A DNA stretch of 64,000 bases, taken from Rhodospirillaceae bacterium. GTDB taxonomy: Bacteria; Pseudomonadota; Alphaproteobacteria; Rhodospirillales; JABHCV01. Position numbers and translations under genes: made by a program. Below are positions 55,312 through 64,000 of the stretch, piece after piece. The stretch spans positions 12,759 to 76,758 of the forward strand of contig JABHGV010000058.1 in the NCBI GenBank assembly GCA_018671895.1, written 5' to 3'. Within the stretch, counting starts at the first letter, position 1. Each line of letters opens with the position of its first letter. The notes beneath the pieces were generated by a model. It worked only from the letters and a program-made list of their open reading frames with translations, did not search any database and was not told the origin of the DNA.

Positions 55312-56723
55312 CGATCAACCGCATGTTTAAGCACTTTATCACCCCGCTTAATGCTGATCTCCCAACGCTCGACCTGCCTAGACATTACCCTTTTCAGGGT
55401 CTCGACCCCTTCCAGAGAAATCCCGTTGACCGAGATTATTCTGTCATTTGGACGAAATCCGGCCCGCGCGGCATAGGTTCGGCGGTCAAGGCGCAGAATA
55501 TAGACACCCGATTCAAAATCACTTAATCCCAATTCATCAGCCAGTGCCGGGGACATATCAACGAACACAACGTCGGAAAACGGGTGATCGCCCCCAAGGC
55601 TTGTAACATTACGGGGGGGATCTTCCGGTGGTGGGGCCAGCGATAGCATCAATGTCATTTCACGGCCACGCCGAAGCACTTTCAATTCCGCCTTGGCACC
55701 AATGCTTAAGGTGGCAATGCGATAATTCAGCCCTTTCGGATCATTCACCTGGAAGCCATCGATCAGCATCACCACGTCACCCAGCTTCAATCCGGCGGCA
55801 TCGGCTGGTCCATTTTCATAGACCTTGTTGATGACAACACCGGTCGGGCGTTCCATGCCCAGACCATCGGCGATGTCAGCAGTCACCGTCTGCCCCCATG
55901 CACCAAACCACGCTCGCACCAGCCGCCCGCCCTTGGCCGTTCCCGCCAACACCGAACGCACCATGTTCGAAGGGATGGCAAAGCCGATTCCTTGCGAGCC
56001 GCCACTCTTCGAGAAAATTGCCGTGTTGATACCGATTAGGCGGCCATCCATGCCAATCAGGGCCCCGCCGGAATTGCCGGGATTAATCGCCGCGTCAGTT
56101 TGAATGAATGAAGCGAAATCCGTATCGCCGATCTGGGTTCGGGCCAAGGCAGAAACGATACCGCTGGTTACGGTCTGACCGACACCGAAAGGATTACCGA
56201 TAGCCAATACCAGATCGCCGACGACCAGTTCGTCAGAATCGCTCAATGCAAGAAAGGATAGTTTTTCTTCGCCGGGATCAATTTTCAGAACGGCAAGGTC
56301 TGTCGGCTTGTCGGTGCGCACAAGTTTCGCTTCGAATTCACGACGGTCTGACAGCACGACGGTAATCTGGTCGGCCCCTTCAATGACGTGATAATTGGTT
56401 ACGATCAGGCCGTCGGAACCGACAATAACGCCTGAGCCCAGTGAGTTCTGAACCTTTTTTCTGGGTGTAGACAGGCCAAGACTGTTGCCAAAGAACCGCT
56501 TGAAAAACGGATCACTGAAAAGCGGCGACACCCGACGGGTGCTGACGACCTTCTTGGTGTAAATATTGACCACCCCGGGCGCCGCACGGGAAACCAGCGG
56601 CGCGTAGGACAATTTTATTTCACCAGCAGATGCTGGAACTTTTCTCGCGGCTTCGCCCTGAATGGGAAGCAACAACGAAAGAATCATCGTGAAGGCGAAT
56701 AGAAGCCTTGGTATGCGGAACAT
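55308..56723 (-). CDS. Do/DegP/HtrA family periplasmic serine endoprotease
   Basis: Signal peptide from MFRIPRLL, catalytic motifs TNYHV, DLAVLK and GNSGGAL, and two PDZ-like regions. Confidence 0.88.
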   Translation of the reverse strand: MFRIPRLLFAFTMILSLLLPIQGEAARKVPASAGEIKLSYAPLVSRAAPGVVNIYTKKVVSTRRVSPLFSDPFFKRFFGNSLGLSTPRKKVQNSLGSGVIVGSDGLIVTNYHVIEGADQITVVLSDRREFEAKLVRTDKPTDLAVLKIDPGEEKLSFLALSDSDELVVGDLVLAIGNPFGVGQTVTSGIVSALARTQIGDTDFASFIQTDAAINPGNSGGALIGMDGRLIGINTAIFSKSGGSQGIGFAIPSNMVRSVLAGTAKGGRLVRAWFGAWGQTVTADIADGLGMERPTGVVINKVYENGPADAAGLKLGDVVMLIDGFQVNDPKGLNYRIATLSIGAKAELKVLRRGREMTLMLSLAPPPEDPPRNVTSLGGDHPFSDVVFVDMSPALADELGLSDFESGVYILRLDRRTYAARAGFRPNDRIISVNGISLEGVETLKRVMSRQVERWEISIKRGDKVLKHAVDR

Positions 56724-56854
56724 GGGAACGGCTAGTCCTTGTCTGTGTATTATCAGCAAAAGTGGCGCGCAGTGTACCATTTCAGCCAGAAAATCGTTGC
56801 TATAATTACCATTAATACTGTCGATAGCCGCCCCCATCAATCTATGCTAATCAG

Positions 56855-58285
56855 ATGACTATGAGCATTCATCCAGTCATTCTTTCGGGCGGTTCCGGCA
56901 CTCGGTTATGGCCGCTGTCGCGCAAGTATTTCCCCAAGCAGCTGCTGGCGCTGAATTCCGAAAACACCTTGTTGCAGGAAACCCTGAAACGTGTTTCAGG
57001 CAATGGATATGAGCCGCCGGTAGTTATCTGCAACAATCAACACCGGTTCATTATTGCCGAGCAAATCCGTGAAATCGATACCCAGGTCGATTCAATAATT
57101 CTGGAGCATACGGGCCGCAATACGGCCCCCGCCGCTGCCGTTGCCGCGCTTGTGCTGGCCGAGCAAGACCCGGATGCCGTTATCCTGATGCTGCCATCGG
57201 ATCATGTAATTGAAAACCGGGACGCATTTCTGAATGCCATCGAAGTTGCCATGTCTGCTGCCAACGAAGGCCACCTTGTAACCTTTGGCATCGAACCCAG
57301 TGGGCCGGAAACAGGCTATGGTTATATTCTTGGTGGCGATGAAATACACAATGCGTCTGGCTGCTTTCAAGTCAGGAAATTCATAGAAAAACCGGACCTG
57401 CCAACGGCACAGGCCATGCTGGCTGATGGTGGGCACGCTTGGAATAGCGGCATGTTCCTGTTTCGCGCCGACAGCTATCTTGAGGAATTGAAACGCCTGC
57501 AGCCCGACATGTTCGACCTGTGCAGCAAGGCGATTGCATCAAGTACCATAGACATGGATTTCCGGCGCCTCGAAGAAAGTACATTCGAGAAGTGTCCGTC
57601 CTTGTCCATCGACTATGCCGTCATGGAACACACGGACAAGGCCGCTGTCGTCCCTGTCGACATCGGCTGGAGCGACCTAGGCGCATGGTCCGCCATGTGG
57701 GAAATATCAAACAAGGATTCTGACGGCAACGTCCTTAAAGGCGATGTCATCGTTTCGGAATCATCTGGCAACTATCTGCAATCCAGCGGACCGCTCATCG
57801 CCGCACTCGGCCTGACAGATATGGTCGTCGTCATGACCGACGATGCGGTTCTGGTAACCACCAAGGACCATGCCCAGAACGTTGGTAACATTGTCGATAT
57901 AATGCAACAGGACAATCGCGTTGAGCACATGTATCACACACGTGTTCACAGGCCATGGGGCTGGTATCAAACTCTGGGTACGGGCGAGGATTTTCAGGTC
58001 AAACGTATTTTTGTTAACCCGGGTGCCCGATTGTCCCTGCAACGCCACAAACGCCGCGCCGAACATTGGGTTGTTATTTCAGGCGAGGCCAAGGTGCACT
58101 GTAGCGGCGAAGATTTAATACTGAATGCCAACCAATCCACGTACATCCCCATTGGTGCCGAGCACCGATTGGAAAATGCCACCGACGAGGCATTGTTTCT
58201 GATAGAAGTACAGTCCGGTGATTATCTCGGCGAAGACGATATCGAACGTCTTGATGACGATTACAAACGCGACCAACAGGAATAA
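56855..58285 (+). CDS. manC: mannose-1-phosphate guanylyltransferase / mannose-6-phosphate isomerase
   Basis: ILSGGSGTRLWPLSR plus a C-terminal cupin (SLQRHKRRAEHWVVISG...H). Confidence 0.9.
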   Translation: MTMSIHPVILSGGSGTRLWPLSRKYFPKQLLALNSENTLLQETLKRVSGNGYEPPVVICNNQHRFIIAEQIREIDTQVDSIILEHTGRNTAPAAAVAALVLAEQDPDAVILMLPSDHVIENRDAFLNAIEVAMSAANEGHLVTFGIEPSGPETGYGYILGGDEIHNASGCFQVRKFIEKPDLPTAQAMLADGGHAWNSGMFLFRADSYLEELKRLQPDMFDLCSKAIASSTIDMDFRRLEESTFEKCPSLSIDYAVMEHTDKAAVVPVDIGWSDLGAWSAMWEISNKDSDGNVLKGDVIVSESSGNYLQSSGPLIAALGLTDMVVVMTDDAVLVTTKDHAQNVGNIVDIMQQDNRVEHMYHTRVHRPWGWYQTLGTGEDFQVKRIFVNPGARLSLQRHKRRAEHWVVISGEAKVHCSGEDLILNANQSTYIPIGAEHRLENATDEALFLIEVQSGDYLGEDDIERLDDDYKRDQQE

Positions 58286-58291
58286 AGATAC

Positions 58292-58684
58292 ATGTCCGCT
58301 ACCATCAATGTTGAAATATCGCCCGGCGAACTGATCGACAAGCTGACGATCCTGGCAATCAAGCTGGAACGCATCAGCGACGAAGCTAAACTGATGAACA
58401 TTCGCATTGAACACGACACCCTGACCAAAGCGCTCGCCGCTTCGGTCCCATCATCAGATCGACTTGACGACCTGACCGGCCAGTTAAAGGCCGTCAACGA
58501 AGAGCTGTGGGAAATCGAGGACGATATTCGCGACTGCGAACGCGACAAGAACTTTGGCGATAAGTTTATCGGACTGGCCCGGGCCGTCTATGTCACCAAC
58601 GACAAACGATCCATCGTCAAACGCGATATCAATGAACACCTTGGCTCGAGTCTGGTCGAGGAAAAATCTTACGCGGAATACTAG
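58292..58684 (+). CDS. conserved hypothetical protein (possibly DUF6165-like)
   Basis: 130-aa helical protein between manC and a GT9 gene. The family assignment is from memory only. Confidence 0.45.
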   Translation: MSATINVEISPGELIDKLTILAIKLERISDEAKLMNIRIEHDTLTKALAASVPSSDRLDDLTGQLKAVNEELWEIEDDIRDCERDKNFGDKFIGLARAVYVTNDKRSIVKRDINEHLGSSLVEEKSYAEY

Positions 58685-58691
58685 GGTGCGG

Positions 58692-59786
58692 ATGTTCCAG
58701 CTTCAGGATCGTCTGCAAAAGGCCCTTCGGACAAAACGTTCGGGAAATGCATCCGGGGTGCTGCTGATATCGGCCGGGGGACTTGGCGATACGGTCCTGT
58801 TCTCGTTGCTGGTGCCTCGTTTTGCGGAACTGGCCGAAGACGGAGAAACCATCACCATTCTGCTAAGAAGCGACGCCGCCAAGATGGCTTTTGTGATGCC
58901 GCCGAACGTGCGGGTTGAGGCCGTCGATTTCAAGCGACTACGTCGGTCTTTGTCATACAGGCGCAAGGTTATGACGCGTTTGTATCAGGCCCATTACCGG
59001 CTCGCTATCACCACCGACTATTTGCGCCATCCGGAACTGGACGAGGCACTGATCGCCGCAACCGGGGCCGAGCAATCCATCGCTATGGAACCCCGGTCAT
59101 GGCCGAAGCATGACAAGGCGCTGAACGACAATCGACAGCTATATCAAAGGCTGTTCGACAGTGGGCCAGACCATACGGATAAGGTCGTGCGCTGGACCCG
59201 CTTCGCCGATTGGCTGTGCGACAACGAGCGCCCTGCCCCCCGCGTCAGCTTGCCAGATAGTGCTCTTCCGGACCCGGCGACTAATTCCGTCGATGTTGTG
59301 ATCCAGCCCTTTTCAGCGGTTAAGGCAAAACAGCCGCCCGTCGAGTTGTATCAAGGCATTATTGCATCCTTGCCAGAAGCAACATCCGTCGCCATCACCG
59401 GCGCACCGGGGGACATGAACGCCAACCCGGAATTCCGGGAATTGATGGATATTCCCAACGTTGTGTTTGATTCGTCAATATTCGCCGACCTGGTGCCAAA
59501 ACTGCGGGCCGCACAACTGGTCATCAGCGTCGATACCGCCGCCATGCATCTGGCCGTCGCCGTCGGCGCACCGACATTGTGTCTGGCCAGTGCAGCTTAC
59601 GTTGGCGAGATTGTTCCCTACGCGGCAGAAATCACGCCAGACAATGCACATTTCATTTATCACGACATGGAATGCCGCGGCTGTCTGGGTTCCTGTATCC
59701 ATCCACTGGATAATGGCAAATTCCCATGCCTTGCAGCTATCGACCATGACCGAGTCATCGCCGAGGTCAAACGCCTGATGGCATAA
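58692..59786 (+). CDS. glycosyltransferase family 9 (heptosyltransferase-like)
   Basis: LLISAGGLGDTVL N-terminal motif and a C-terminal VSVDTAAMHLAVAVGAPT motif. I chose the start at ATG 58692, after the preceding gene. Confidence 0.75.
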   Translation: MFQLQDRLQKALRTKRSGNASGVLLISAGGLGDTVLFSLLVPRFAELAEDGETITILLRSDAAKMAFVMPPNVRVEAVDFKRLRRSLSYRRKVMTRLYQAHYRLAITTDYLRHPELDEALIAATGAEQSIAMEPRSWPKHDKALNDNRQLYQRLFDSGPDHTDKVVRWTRFADWLCDNERPAPRVSLPDSALPDPATNSVDVVIQPFSAVKAKQPPVELYQGIIASLPEATSVAITGAPGDMNANPEFRELMDIPNVVFDSSIFADLVPKLRAAQLVISVDTAAMHLAVAVGAPTLCLASAAYVGEIVPYAAEITPDNAHFIYHDMECRGCLGSCIHPLDNGKFPCLAAIDHDRVIAEVKRLMA

Positions 59787-59824
59787 AAAAAGGGCCGTCC
59801 TTTATTCAAGGACAGCCCCTTTTT
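59785..59824. terminator. bidirectional intrinsic terminator between the GT9 gene and rplQ
   Basis: A-run, then GGGCCGTCCTT / AAGGACAGCCC stem with one mismatch, then T-run. Confidence 0.65.
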
Positions 59825-59843
59825 AATCTATATGCGAAAGCGT

Positions 59844-60275
59844 TTAGGCTTCGGCAACTTCCATTTCGGCTTCTTCAGCTTCAACGCGTTCTTTGTCAGC
59901 AGCGCCCTTGGCATCCGGGTCACGGTCGACCAGTTCGATGACAGCCATCGGCGCATTATCGCCATAGCGGTTACCGGCCTTGAGCACGCGTGTGTAACCA
60001 CCCTCGCGTTCTTTGTAACGCTCGGCCAGAGAATCGAACAGTTTTGATACGGCGTCCTTGTCCTGCAATGTCGATGCAGCCTGACGGCGTGCATGCAGGG
60101 TTCCGCGCTTGCCCAGCGTAACCATCTTGTCGGCGAGTTTACGCAGTTCCTTGGCCTTCGGAAGGGTCGTCGTGATCTGCTCGTGCGTCAGCAGGGCGAC
60201 GAGCATGTTCGAAAACATCGCCTTGCGGTGCGAGCTGGTACGATTCAATTTACGGCCACTCATGCGATGACGCAT
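59844..60275 (-). CDS. rplQ: 50S ribosomal protein L17
   Basis: [21 protein letters not shown]... Confidence 0.95.
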   Translation of the reverse strand: MRHRMSGRKLNRTSSHRKAMFSNMLVALLTHEQITTTLPKAKELRKLADKMVTLGKRGTLHARRQAASTLQDKDAVSKLFDSLAERYKEREGGYTRVLKAGNRYGDNAPMAVIELVDRDPDAKGAADKERVEAEEAEMEVAEA

Positions 60276-60360
60276 GTCGCTTCTCCTTAACTACTCTTGA
60301 TCCCGACTAGATCAAACTGCCAACTTGTTGGCAGAAATTTTGATCGATTCCAATAACATC

Positions 60361-60397
60361 ATGCAACTGATCTGCCCTCACCTGAGGGCAGGTTGCA
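60361..60397 (-). other. extended hairpin immediately after the rpoA stop (possible attenuator)
   Basis: The outer stem is ATGCAAC/GTTGCAT and the inner stem is CTGCCCTCA/TGAGGGCAG. There is no strong U-tract. Confidence 0.35.
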
Positions 60398-61414
60398 TTA
60401 AAACGGGTCTTCCAACCGCTTGGCCAGGTCTTCAATATTTTCCGGCGGCCAATTGGCAATTTCCATACCCAGATGCAATCCCATCTGAGACAACACTTCC
60501 TTGATCTCGTTCAGAGACTTGCGACCGAAGTTCGGCGTACGAAGCATGTCGCCTTCGCTCTTTTGAACCAAGTCGCCAATATAGATGATGTTGTCGTTCT
60601 TCAGGCAGTTTGCCGAACGAACGGACAGCTCCAGCTCTTCAACCTTGCGCAACAGGTTCTTGTTGAACGGCAGTTCGTCCTGCGCTTCTTCTTCCATCAC
60701 CTTCTGCGGTTCTTCGAAGTTGATGAACAACTGCAATTGATCCTGAAGAATACGAGCGGCCAGCGCCACGGCATCGTCAGGATTGACAGAACCGTTTGTG
60801 GTGACGTCGATAGACAGTTTGTCATGGTCAGTGATTTGGCCGACGCGGGTGTTGTCGACCTTGTAGCTGACCTTACGCACCGGCGAGAACACGGCATCGA
60901 TGGGGATAAGCCCGATCGGTGAGTCCTCGGCGCGGTTCTGGGCGGCTGCAACATAGCCCTTACCGTGCTCGACGGTCAGTTCCATAGACAACTTTGCGCC
61001 CTTGTCCAGGTGGCAAAGCACCAGTTTCGGGTCCATGACTTCGATGTCTGGGCCAGTATCAATATCGCCAGCCGTGACTTCGCCAGGACCAGTCGCTTTC
61101 AGGGTCATCCGTTTCGGACCCTCTGAATGCATGGCCAATCCCATGGACTTGATGTTGAGAACGATATCGGTGACATCCTCGCGGACACCAGCGATCGACG
61201 AAAATTCATGCAACACGTTGTCGATCTGAACAGAGGTCACAGCAGCGCCCTGCAAGGACGACAGCAATACCCTCCTGAGCGCATTGCCCAGTGTCAGGCC
61301 AAAACCGCGCTCCAGCGGTTCTGCAACAATGGTTGCCCGACGGGCCGCATCTGCGCCCGGGACTACATCCAGTTTCGTCGGTTTAATGAGTTCCTGCCAA
61401 TTCTTTTGAATCAC
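60398..61414 (-). CDS. rpoA: DNA-directed RNA polymerase alpha subunit
   Basis: [15 protein letters not shown]...[12 protein letters not shown]..., with the C-terminal domain [11 protein letters not shown]. Confidence 0.97.
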   Translation of the reverse strand: MIQKNWQELIKPTKLDVVPGADAARRATIVAEPLERGFGLTLGNALRRVLLSSLQGAAVTSVQIDNVLHEFSSIAGVREDVTDIVLNIKSMGLAMHSEGPKRMTLKATGPGEVTAGDIDTGPDIEVMDPKLVLCHLDKGAKLSMELTVEHGKGYVAAAQNRAEDSPIGLIPIDAVFSPVRKVSYKVDNTRVGQITDHDKLSIDVTTNGSVNPDDAVALAARILQDQLQLFINFEEPQKVMEEEAQDELPFNKNLLRKVEELELSVRSANCLKNDNIIYIGDLVQKSEGDMLRTPNFGRKSLNEIKEVLSQMGLHLGMEIANWPPENIEDLAKRLEDPF

Positions 61415-61530
61415 GGAAATAACCTCATGGTCGGTACATTGACAAATGGCTCGTATCAGATGAGCCGTCTACTCGTTTTCCGGTCTAAAACAGCCCGGAA
61501 ATATTGGGATACCCCAGTATTAGATCCGTC

Positions 61531-61923
61531 TTAGACGCGACGGCGTTTCCGCGGGCGACAACCATTGTGCGGAATCGGTGTCACATCGCGGATTGCGGTA
61601 ATCGTAAAGCCGACTGCCTGTAGTGCACGCAGAGCCGACTCACGCCCGGAACCCGGTCCCTTGACTTCGACCTCAAGGGTCTTCATGCCATGGTCCATTG
61701 CCTTCCTGCCAGCGTCTTCACCAGCCATCTGGGCAGCATAAGGAGTCGATTTACGCGATCCCTTGAACCCCTGAGAACCAGCAGAAGACCAGGCAATTGC
61801 ATTGCCCTGGGCATCGGTGATGGTAATCATCGTGTTGTTAAACGTTGCATTAACATGCGCCACACCGGATGCAATGTTTTTGCGTTCGCGCTTACGTGTG
61901 CGCTGAGTTGTCGGCTTTGACAT
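61531..61923 (-). CDS. rpsK: 30S ribosomal protein S11
   Basis: [18 protein letters not shown]...[13 protein letters not shown]. Confidence 0.97.
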   Translation of the reverse strand: MSKPTTQRTRKRERKNIASGVAHVNATFNNTMITITDAQGNAIAWSSAGSQGFKGSRKSTPYAAQMAGEDAGRKAMDHGMKTLEVEVKGPGSGRESALRALQAVGFTITAIRDVTPIPHNGCRPRKRRRV

Positions 61924-61941
61924 TATCTATTTCCTAGCCCT

Positions 61942-62319
61942 TTAAATAGCGGCTTTTTTCTTGCCAGCGATGGCCTTGGCAGGTCCCTTGCGGGTCCGTG
62001 CGTTGGTATGGGTACGCTGACCGTGAACCGGCAAGCCGCGGCGATGCCTAATTCCACGATAGCAACCCAAATCCATCAAGCGTTTGATGTTCATAGCCAC
62101 TTCACGGCGCAAATCACCTTCGACGTTATAATCGTTGTCGATGGCTTCGCGGATACCGGCAAGTTCGTTTTCCGTCAGGTCGCTAACGCGCCTTTCCATC
62201 GGAATTTCGACCTTTGCACAGATTTCCTTAGCCTTGGTGCGGCCAATTCCGTGAATATAGGTTAATGCGATTTCGACCCGTTTCCCGGTCGGTATATTTA
62301 CGCCAGCAATTCGTGCCAA
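61942..62319 (-). CDS. rpsM: 30S ribosomal protein S13
   Basis: [26 protein letters not shown]... Confidence 0.97.
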   Translation of the reverse strand: MARIAGVNIPTGKRVEIALTYIHGIGRTKAKEICAKVEIPMERRVSDLTENELAGIREAIDNDYNVEGDLRREVAMNIKRLMDLGCYRGIRHRRGLPVHGQRTHTNARTRKGPAKAIAGKKKAAI

Positions 62320-62423
62320 AGCCGGTACTCCTTACCCATTGGTTTTAAACGATAAAGGCTGACGCCGGGAATCCAAAGAGGCGCGATTATAGGCGCTCAA
62401 TTCCTTAAGTCAACACGCAGTCT

Positions 62424-63068
62424 TTACCCTATTACTTCTTTCAATTGAGCCGTCACCTCATCGATGCCGGCCATACCGTCGATGCTCTTCAGAACACCTT
62501 TGTCGCCATAGTACAAAATGATCGGAGCCGTCTGTTCATGGTAGGCTTCGAGCCTGGAACGAACGGTTTCGGCATTGTCGTCAGCCCGGCGGGTAAACTC
62601 GGTTCCGCCGCATTTATCGCAGGTTCCGTCGACTTTCGGCTTCTGAAAGCTGTCGTGGTAACCAGCGCCACATTCCGAGCAGGTATAACGTCCGGTAATG
62701 CGCTCAACCATGGCATCGTCATCGACTTTCATTTCGATAACCGAGTCCAGGGTCATTCCCTTGTCCGCGAACATGACGTCAAGCGCTTCGGCCTGCGGCG
62801 TGGTGCGCGGAAATCCATCCAGAATAAAGCCCTTTTGGCAGTCATCCTGATCAATACGAGACGAAATGATGCCAATTACCAGTTCGTCGGACACCAAAGC
62901 ACCGGATTCCATGACTTCCTTGGCTTCCTTGCCAAGATCGCTGCCCGAAGCAACTTCGGCACGCAGCATGTCGCCGGTTGAAAGCTGAATGATGTTATAG
63001 GCATCCTCGAGCCTTTTAGCCTGAGTTCCCTTACCGGCGCCCGGAGGCCCTAACAGCATCAGTTTCAT
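62424..63068 (-). CDS. adk: adenylate kinase (zinc-lid type)
   Basis: GPPGAGKGT P-loop and a Cys4 lid (CSECG...CDKCG). Confidence 0.95.
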   Translation of the reverse strand: MKLMLLGPPGAGKGTQAKRLEDAYNIIQLSTGDMLRAEVASGSDLGKEAKEVMESGALVSDELVIGIISSRIDQDDCQKGFILDGFPRTTPQAEALDVMFADKGMTLDSVIEMKVDDDAMVERITGRYTCSECGAGYHDSFQKPKVDGTCDKCGGTEFTRRADDNAETVRSRLEAYHEQTAPIILYYGDKGVLKSIDGMAGIDEVTAQLKEVIG

Positions 63069-64000
63069 TACTTGCGTCCTTTCAGCTTGGATTTCTTGAT
63101 GAGGCCCTCGTATTGATGGGCCAAAAGATGTGATTGAATCTGGGCCACCGTATCGAGAGTAACGGAAACCACGATTAGCAGACTGGTACCGCCGAAATAA
63201 AACGGTACAGAGTACTGAGAAATAAGGATTTCTGGCAGCAGACAGACAGCCGCCAGATAGGCCGAACCGGTGACCGTCAGACGGGTCAGCACACGGTCCA
63301 GATATTCCGATGTGTTCTTGCCGGGACGAATACCCGGAATGAAACCGCCGTATTTTTTCAGATTATCAGCGGTGTCGGCGGGGTTGAAGACAACGGCCGT
63401 ATAGAAAAAGGCGAAGAACACGATCAATGAGATGTAGATGGCCAGATACAACGGCTGTCCGCGCCCCAGCAGGGCAGCGACCGTGTTCAGCCATTCCGGG
63501 CCAGTGCCAGCGGAGAAGCCAATAACCGTAATCGGCATCAACAGAATCGAGGATGCAAAAATCGGCGGGATAACACCGGCAGTATTGACCTTCAGGGGCA
63601 GGTGCGAGCTTTCGCCACCAGTCATCTTGTTGCCTTGCTGACGCTTCGGATACTGAACGATCAAGCGGCGCTGGGCGCGTTCAACGAAAATAATGAAGAA
63701 GATAACGCCGACCGACATCGCCAACAGCAACACAATCAACAGCGTCGACAGTGCGCCAGTACGACCCAATTCCAGAGTTCCGGCCAGCGCGCTGGGCAGG
63801 TTGGCAACAATGCCCGCGAAAATGATCAGCGAGATACCGTTGCCGATGCCGCGTGCCGTGATCTGTTCACCCACCCACATCAGGAAAATCGTTCCACCGA
63901 CAAGTGTAACCACCGTGGTGAATCGAAAAAACGCACCAGGGTCGATAACGGCAGAGCCGGCGCTCGAGGTCATGCCTTCAAGTCCTGCGGCAATGCCAAA
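63068..64000 (-). CDS. secY: preprotein translocase subunit SecY; N-terminal part lies outside the window
   Basis: The frame is open to base 64000. The C-terminal SecY TM helices and the tail ...HQYEGLIKKSKLKGRK are present. Its stop overlaps the adk start by 1 nt. Confidence 0.95.
   Translation of the reverse strand, partial: FGIAAGLEGMTSSAGSAVIDPGAFFRFTTVVTLVGGTIFLMWVGEQITARGIGNGISLIIFAGIVANLPSALAGTLELGRTGALSTLLIVLLLAMSVGVIFFIIFVERAQRRLIVQYPKRQQGNKMTGGESSHLPLKVNTAGVIPPIFASSILLMPITVIGFSAGTGPEWLNTVAALLGRGQPLYLAIYISLIVFFAFFYTAVVFNPADTADNLKKYGGFIPGIRPGKNTSEYLDRVLTRLTVTGSAYLAAVCLLPEILISQYSVPFYFGGTSLLIVVSVTLDTVAQIQSHLLAHQYEGLIKKSKLKGRK

Noticed and set aside
1-64000. CRISPR arrays, IS elements, transposases, integrases, prophage or obvious defence-system genes, rRNA genes.
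   Set aside because: Reading through the window and the ORF track, I found no spaced direct-repeat array. I found no DDE, tyrosine or serine recombinase-like translation, and no rRNA-like sequence. The only repeats seen are the short ones listed as features or findings.

Overview
This is a chromosomal segment of an alphaproteobacterium. The evidence for that is 5-aminolevulinate synthase hemA, ATP12, ELM1 and DUF1489 family genes, a GTTC-N7-GTTC SOS box, and the secY-adk-rpsM-rpsK-rpoA-rplQ gene order. About 75 protein genes can be supported, plus one tRNA-Leu(GAG). I saw no rRNA, CRISPR array, transposase, integrase or prophage genes. Most of the window is housekeeping: liv-type ABC ATPases, gcdH, nadB, hemN, pyrE, hemA, umuDC, mgtE, lipB, pccA/pccB, rluC-crcB-rarA-degP, manC with a GT9 glycosyltransferase, and the alpha ribosomal operon. 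The unusual content is mostly signalling. (1) A partial Flp/Tad pilus locus (tadG, two tadE-like genes, flp, cpaA, cpaB) ends in a chimeric protein: signal peptide, secretin-type N-terminal pilus domain, then REC-REC-GGDEF. No secretin, ATPase or platform genes are present. (2) An Hpt protein sits with three paralogous CheY-like receivers that share an arginine-rich FGPDRRR tail. The tail resembles the Cle class of c-di-GMP-binding CheY proteins. (3) A histidine kinase between pccA and pccB combines a periplasmic CxxCH (Tll0287/DUF3365-like) domain with a FixL-type heme PAS domain. (4) A PilZ gene is translationally coupled between a ThDP enzyme and an ELM1-family gene. (5) Six DnaA-box-like 9-mers cluster upstream of hemA. 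(6) The long mgtE leader ends in an intrinsic-terminator-like hairpin. (7) An OmpR/EnvZ-like pair lies next to a Met/His-rich periplasmic protein and a His-rich SHOCT protein. (8) Low-GC patches carry a repeat-flanked hydrolase gene, tandem secreted paralogs and two-component-system remnants. All functional calls come from reading motifs in the supplied translations. No database search was run.
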